64,000 bases of DNA, taken from positions 19,282,001 through 19,346,000 of the forward strand of contig NC_043009.1 of NCBI RefSeq assembly GCF_006345805.1, given 5' to 3'. Source of the DNA: Octopus sinensis (taxonomy: Eukaryota). A program made the translations under genes and the position numbers. Shown in pieces: positions 56,690-64,000 of the stretch (positions within the stretch are counted from its first letter, which is position 1; each line of letters starts with the position of its first letter). Below the pieces are notes generated by a model, which made no database searches, was not told where the DNA came from, and was given only the letters and a program-made list of their open reading frames with translations.

Positions 56690-57600
56690 AGCCCAACGTT
56701 AGACTTAGCTATATTAATGTAGGTTCCTGCCATTCCCCCATAGTATTTAAGAATTTAGTTAAAAACATTAGCAAGAGAATTTCTAGCCTCTCCTCCAATA
56801 TAAACGTTTTTAATAGTGCTGCCCCAATATATAATAAAGCGCTAAAAGATAATGGCTTTAGCGAGGAAATAACCTATACACCTGTTATTAGTCCAGTAAC
56901 AAAGAAAAAGAAAAACAAGAATAGGAAAATTATCTGGTTCACACCACCTTACTCACCCGAAGCGACCTTTAATATAGGTAGATATTTCTTATCACTTATA
57001 GATAGGCATTTTCCAATCAATCAGAATTATAGAAAGCTCTTTAATAGGCACAACTTAAAAATTAGTTTTAGTTCTACTACTAACTTCAAAAATATAATTG
57101 CACACGACACACAAAAACAACAAAATAAAGCCGGCTGTTCCCGCAGAGTTAAAAATTTGTACCCACTAAATGGAGCTTGTATGACAGGCCATCATTTAAG
57201 AAGCCACTGTAAACTCTACAATCACTAAGGGCATAGTTTCGTCAAAGAAATATGTGGGTCTCACAGAGGGAAACTTTAAAGCCAGGTTCAACAATCACAC
57301 CTTAAGCTTCAGACACTGGGATGAAAGGAAAACAACCAAATTATCCAGGTATATATGGTCCTTAAAAGAAAAAGGTGTCAGCTAGAAGATTCACTGGAAG
57401 ATCTTGGCCAAGTGTAAGCCTTACACCAACGGCAGTGGAAAGTGCAGTCTTTGCGATATGGAAAGATGGCTCAACTGGAAAAGTTCCTTAGACACCGCTA
57501 CATGTCTAAATTCAAGAACTGAACTTTTGGGGTCATGTCCACATATAGCAAAACATTTGCTATGTTTTTGGATCCCCAAGATCACAGATAGAACCTGCTT
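56690..57600 (+). pseudogene. 5'-truncated PLE (thumb plus GIY-YIG), same broad group as 49960-52598 but a different family
   Basis: SYINVGSCHSP, YNKALKDNGF, IIWFTPPYS, KKYVGLTEGNFKARFNNH, LSRYIWSLK, KPYTNGSGKCSLC, LNSRTELLGSCPH. Confidence 0.88.
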
Positions 57601-57879
57601 TTTATATTATGTCCACGTACAAGCCTTTCATGTCTTAACATCTCTTATATATTTTTATATATATTTTATTGCTTTATATATATTTTTCTGTGCATTATTT
57701 TTCACCCTTTATAATTGTGTAACTTATACGCATGTAGTATATACCTAATGTGTATGTGTGTGTATATTCACACAAATGTGTATGTGTACGAATGATTGTA
57801 TATATACGAGTGCAAGACTCTGCCTGTTGTACTTGTCTACTTCCTTCATACATATATGTATGTATATACGTTTATATAT

Positions 57880-60800
57880 CTGCAGGTCACTTTCGAGTGC
57901 TACTGGTAACATGTAACCCAGTACAACTTGTTGCATGGTCGGGTCGTCGGCGACTAAACCGGCAACCCCACCAAGCTTGCTTGGTGAGGAGGGTGTTTAT
58001 TGGACACCCTGTGGGATGAAAAACAAAACTCGTCAAAGGGCGGAGGACCTTTTGAGAGTCAACGGCCATCTAATAAATGTTAGCACGAGTACGCAGAAAT
58101 TCCGGGGTGGTGTCCGACGTGCTGAAAGACCACTGGGAGTGAGGCGCCCCTCAGCTTTTGTTAAAGCATGTCTCTAGGAGAAGGTCACTCTGATATAAAA
58201 CCAGATATGTAGAGAATGGCATTGGACATTTTGGGGATCTTTGGTTTGTGCTAGAAATCACGGCGCTCCCACAATCCCTGAGCCTGCGACTCATATTGGC
58301 ACCAGACATCTTGCTCCGGCTTGTCTCTGGATAATGTCAATAAAGTGGAGAGGGTCTATGAGGTGTTGTGCAAGTCTTATTGGACCTAAAACTCTGCACA
58401 GGCATTGCCGACCTCTGCTCGATATGTGCATTTTTTTGTATATATTTATCTTATTTTTAGTATATATTGTCTTCATTTTTAGTATTTTTTTTATTCGGAA
58501 GTCCTGCGGCGATGGGAAGGTGGTGAAGCATGCAGGCCTGGCAGGTTGGAAGCATGTAGTCAGCGACCTGCACGTAGGTGGCCCATGCTAGACACAAAGT
58601 CGTCTCCTTGTCGCCCAAGACAGCGGTAGGATTCGGTAGCTGCATGTGTGTCTGAGCAGCTCCATTTGGAGAGGGCACTGCTCACCCGGAGACCGGGGAG
58701 GTTCTAGAAAAGGTGAACCAAAAATTGCCTGTCTTTCCATATCTGGTCAGTTTAGCGCGACTGACGGATGTCCACCCTGCGCTCGAAAAACAAAGAGTCT
58801 TTTATCTATAAAATCTGGACGGAACTTAAACATTTCATGTTGGAATGTGCGCACTCTGTTGGACAACAGGAGTGATTGTAGGCCTGAAAGACGCACTGCA
58901 CTTGTTGCTCGTGAGCTGAACCGTTATAAAATTGATATAGCTGCACTCTCAGAGACTCGTATTGAAGGTGGTGGTCAGCTTGAGGAAGTAGGACGTGGAT
59001 ACACCTTTTTTTGGAAAGGAAGGCAGAAGGAGGAGCGCAGAGAGGCTGATGTTGGTTTTGCAGTCCGATCTGATATCCTTAAGAAGTTGGGAGAGCTCCC
59101 TGTTCCTATAAATGAACGTATAATGACGCTACGGTTGCACTTGAAAGGTAAGCGGTTTGCTACTCTAATAAGTGCCTAAGCACTTGTTGTAATGAAGATA
59201 AAGCTATTTTTTATACTCAGCTGGAGCCATACTTAGGAAAATCCCCAATTCTGATAAAGTCATTCTACTGGGGGATTTTAATGACAGGGTTGGAACAGAC
59301 TGTCAAACATGGAACTCTCTAGGACGTTTTGGAGTAGGGAAAATGAATAGCAATGGTTTCATGCTACTGGAGCTTTGCGAAGAACATGGACTTTACATTG
59401 CAAGCACTCATTTTGTGCACAAAGGTGATCACACAACAACATGGATGCATCCAAGGTCCAAAGTTTGGCACTTGCTGGATTATGTCCTCATCCGCAAGCG
59501 CGACATTTATGACATCTGTAATGTCAAGTCCTTGCATGGATCAGAATGCTGGACAGACCACAGTCTGGTGCGAGCAAAGTTTCGAATGGTGATTAGGGCG
59601 AAAGAGAGAAGAGGACCAGTCAGCATTCCTCGCCGTCTAAATGTCCACAAAGTATATGATGTTGTGGTTAGGAAAGAGCTTCAGACTCGCTTGTCCAGCA
59701 TTGAAACTGCTGCAGCATGGGAAGACCAGGTTGTTCAATGTGCAACCGAAACACTGATGTATATTACTGCCAGACACAGAGATTGGTTTGATGAGGATGA
59801 TGCGACTATTAGTGGTAAAGCGCCATGCCCACAGTGTGTTGCTGCACAGAGAACTGTCTACTGTGCAGCGAAGTCTGGCACTTGCCCACTATAACAGTAT
59901 AAAATCACTACTGCAGCGATCTCTCAGGAAGATGCAGAACACGTGGTGGGAGGATCTTGCTCGTGATGTTCAGGCTGCTGCTGATGCAAATGACAGCAAG
60001 AAACTTTACCATCTTATGAAGGGAGCTTATTGACCTAAGAGTTCCACATCACCTCTTTTGCTTTCCAAGGAGTCTTCCACTCTGTTTACTAAATCAACAG
60101 AAATCACAGGTCGCTGGATCGAACACTTCTCTGAACTCCTAAACCATGAGTCAGTTGTGGATGAAACAGTGATTGATACTATGCAACAAAGACCTATCAT
60201 TGGCTCCTTAGACTCCCCGCCCTCAATAGATGAAGTAATGACATCAATAAGTAAATTGAATCTTGGTAGGGCACCTGGAAAGGATGGAATTTGTGCTGAG
60301 GTCTTGCGATTTGGTGGTAATTACATCACACAGTCCCTTCATGAACTTATTAGTGCAGTCTGGGGGGATGGTGCAATCCCTAAAGACTGGAAAGATGCAA
60401 TTATTCTTCCTCTATATAAAGGAATAGGAGCCAGAACAATGTGTGGTAACTACAGAGGTATTGCTCTACTATCAGCTGCTGGTATGGTTCTGGCAAATAT
60501 TCTTCTGACCCGTCTGAATGGGTGTCTCGTAAATGATGTCCAATCTGAATCTCAATGTGGCTTCCGATCTGGTAGAGGGACAATGGATATGATTTTCACA
60601 GCAAGACAGATGCAGAAGAAGTGCTATGAGCAGAATATGGATCTTGTCCAGGTATTCATTGATTTAACAAAGGCCTTTGATACTGTAAATAGGGCCTTTC
60701 TATGGAAAATACTTGGCAAACTTGGATGTCCGGATCACTTTGTATCTATAATTAAATCATTTCATGATGGGATGGAGGCTTGGGTCAATGTTGGTGGTGC

Positions 60801-62040
60801 CATGGCGGGACCCATTCCTGTAGAGAATGGTCTCAAGCAGGGTGACATCTTTGCCCCAACTCTCTTTTCTTTGTACTTTGCTGCTGCTTTTACTCATGCT
60901 TTTGCTAAGGTTAGCTCTCTGGGAATATATGTCAGATATCGATCTTCTGGCCGCCTCTTTAATCTTCGCCGATTTGCTGCTAATTCAAAGGCTTCCCAGT
61001 CTATTATTCGTGACCTCCTTTATGCGGATGACTGTGACTTAGTCACTCATACAGTGGATGACATGCAAATACTCATGAATTGCATTTCTGCTTCTTGCAG
61101 GGCATTTGGACTCAGCGTAAGCCTGGACAAGACTGTTGTAATGTTCCAGCCTGCACCAGGAAATCCATATATGGAACCAGCTATCTTAGTTGAAAGAACA
61201 ATTCTGAAGGTAGTAGACAAGTTTGTCTACCTGGGCAGCACACTCAGCCGTTCTTGCTCCCTGAATGAGGAAATATCTTTCAGGTTGCAGAGAACAACTA
61301 ATTCCTTCCGATCTCTTCAGTCTCGTGTTTGGTCCCAACATGGCATCGCAAAGCAAACAAAAGTTGCTGTGTACCGTGCATGTGTACTGTCATCGCTCCT
61401 CTACTCATGTGAAACATGGACTCTGTACAAACGTCAGGTAAGGGTCCTTGAACGCTTTCATCAGAGATGTCTCAGACACATTCTCAATGTTGGCTGGACC
61501 TCAAAAATTCCAGACACGCAGGTCCTGAGGACAGCTGATATCGTGAGTATTGAGGCGATGGTGCACAAGCACCGGTTACGTTGGACTGGACACCTTATTA
61601 GAATGAAGGATAGCAGGATTCCTAAGCAGATGCTCTATGGAGAACTTGTGAATGGAAGGAGACTCCGGCAGAAACTATGGCTGCGATTTAAGGACTGTGT
61701 CAAGTCCTCATTAAAGGCCTGTGATATGCAGGACACTGACTGGGAGAACAATGCCTGTCATCGTCACAGATGGAGGAAGCAGGTTAAGGAGGGGATCGAC
61801 ACTTTTGAGAGAGCACGTATCCAGCATGAAGAACTTAGGCGAGCTGCGCGAAAGCGCACGGCTCGTATAGTGAATGGGGAAAGCTTGGTCTGCAATGTTT
61901 GCAGTCGTGTATGCTTGTCAAGAGCAGGGCTCATTAGCCACCAACGGAGCCGCAAATGCAAAATATAAGTTAGTCCTAGAGCGCACAATGTTCCTGAAGG
62001 TCGGCAATGGTCTTCCTCGGTCACGGGTGGACGGCCATCA
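57880..62040 (+). mobile_element. Near-full-length RTE (BovB-like) LINE: long 5' UTR, disrupted APE, open RT plus C2H2 ORF 60058-61968
   Basis: WNVRTLLD..RPERRTALVARELNRYKIDIAALSETR, LLGDF, WMHPRSKVWHLLDYV, GNYRGIALLS, QCGFRSGRGTMDM, FIDLTKAFD, KQGDIFAP, LYADD, WTGHLIRM, CNVCSRVCLSRAGLISH. Confidence 0.96.
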
Positions 62041-62329
62041 TATCTGCAGGTGTAGATGTGTTTAACAGACAGGAGAGTGTATTTGTGTATATACATATAT
62101 AACTCATTTGTATATTCAAGTTTTGCGGCGAATGTGAATGTTTTACGGTCTGCTTTTTGTGTCTGTGTTTATATTTGTATATACGTCTTTCCGTTTATGT
62201 ATATGTATGTGCGCATAAACTACGCTTTGTATATCCGCGTATGTATGTGTATGTGCGTGTAGAGATGTGTATATGAGCGTAGTGGTGCGTGCCTGATCAT
62301 AAATGCGTGTGTATGTGCGTGCATGCGTA

Positions 62330-62404
<75 letters not shown>

Positions 62405-63039
62405 CTGCAGTGAAGACATGTGTCTTTGACCAAAACCTGGCAGGAACTGAGACCATTTCTAGTGTAGCTCATAACGAGGCTAGTGTATCAAAGCAAGGCT
62501 AGCTACCTCGTTGATATATTTGTCTGCTGTGTAGGTCGACTCACATATTACTATGCCTAAGTTATGTAGCTCTGCTACAGCTCTAATCAATCAGGGCTAA
62601 CTTGAAAGCTCATGTATCACTCACCAGTTTTATCAGTAACTTTTTAGTCTGATAAACTTCTGACCCATTCACAACCTATATGCATCTTTATTAAAATTTA
62701 TCTTTTTTTGTCATTTACTATATCTTTTTAAACTATTTACTCCGTCTCTTCTATTTTTTCACTGTTTTCTTTCTCCTTGGTCTTCCTCTCCTGAGAAACT
62801 TGCAAACTTGCAATCAAAAATCAGAGGAGCGTCTGAGGAGAGAAGTGTTTTCTACAGAATCAGCAAAGAAAGCCCATCTAGACACTGTGGTCACTACAAA
62901 CAACCGCTGCAGGGCAAAAAAAATGTCTAGTATAACTTCTCTACTGTTAGTGTTGTAGTATAACGGCTTGGTCCTTTTCTTAGATGGGAACAACTTTGGA
63001 GTAATAGGCTTGGTTAAACACTACTGCCTAACCTTAGGA

Positions 63040-63720
63040 TGTTTTCATGTTTAATGCAGGGGCAGAAACCTTTGCCATATTGAACTGAGTGTACTTTGTT
63101 GCAACAAATGTGAAAGTGCTTTTCAGTAGGAGTGCTGCTAACAGAGAAATATGCAAATATGATGTATAACCTAGTGGCAAGAAATTAGAAGTTCAGACCA
63201 CAATTTAAAAGATTAGAGAACAAATAAGTTGTGTAATACCCAAAGGTAGCCTCTGCTTCTCTGATAGTACTTTTCCAAGTATTACGGTGGAAGGTAAAAA
63301 CCTCCCAGTTTGTGGTGATTTGATTTAAAACTGATTTTACTGTATGCTATGCTCCTATGAGCAAACAACTAATGATTTGAAGCTTTGGGGATTTGTCTGT
63401 GTGAGTGATGTGAAGGGACATGTCTAGAATGATTGTTTTCATTACCTACCAAGCTGACTTAGAGAGTTAGAGTTGAAACATTTTCCTCCAGGGGTAGCTG
63501 ACATAAAACTGTAGGAGTTCAGACTATTTAGATGATTTAATACACTATACCAAGAGCTGTGAGCTACTGTACTGTAGATAGATGAAAATATTGCAAATGA
63601 GAAGTGTCAACTATATCAACTAACCAGCATATCTAGTTTGCATAAAGAAATGTAAGGTAATTAAGATTTAAGAAACTGGAGTTGACAGGCATACTACTGA
63701 GTTGCTCAGCTGGTCCTACA
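63040..63720 (-). pseudogene. Very old RTE-like 3' remnant
   Basis: TNWEVFTFHRNTWKSTIREAEATF and RHV..HRQIPK resemble RTE C-terminal motifs; many stops. Confidence 0.4.
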
Positions 63721-64000
63721 TTAGCTGGTACTACAATAGCTTCTGATGACAACCATAAATGAAAGGTAATACATGGATTTTAATAAATTTTATTTTATTT
63801 CAAATCAAAAGGAAATTTTGAGCATAATGTTTTTAAAGATATGAAGTATATAAAAATATATAAAATATATCAAAATAGAAAAGGTATAACTGCTCTTCTT
63901 TCTTGAGGATAGGATGGTACCATGTTTTTATACCACCTATGGTTCAAGAAACCAGAAATTAATTGGTTGGTAATCACAAATAAAAGTAAAGATAACAGAG

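Overview
Eukaryotic, AT-rich, microsatellite-dense window with no supportable host protein-coding gene. The SINE families, the (TA)n/(GATA)n/(TAA)n load and the TE mix look like an octopod cephalopod genome (inference from recognition, not a search). It is almost entirely nested mobile DNA: several Penelope-like element (PLE) lineages, RTE/RTEX, R4/Dong-type RLE LINEs in (TAA)n, Tx1/L1-type LINEs, two tRNA-type SINE families, mariners, a MULE remnant, a non-autonomous Helitron and MITEs. Top candidate system: a non-coding 900-bp insertion at 1236-2135, equal to 1.5 copies of a 601-nt unit. Each repeat carries a complete type I hammerhead ribozyme on the minus strand, so it looks like a retrozyme able to yield a 601-nt self-cleaved/circular RNA. 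Other highlights: several minimal or decayed hammerheads at PLE ends, a full-length 5S rRNA copy fused to a SINE (13862-14345), perfect fold-back hairpins, and a 5.7-kb inverted duplication (40823-46545) that may be an assembly artefact. All assignments were made by eye; most TE boundaries are approximate.
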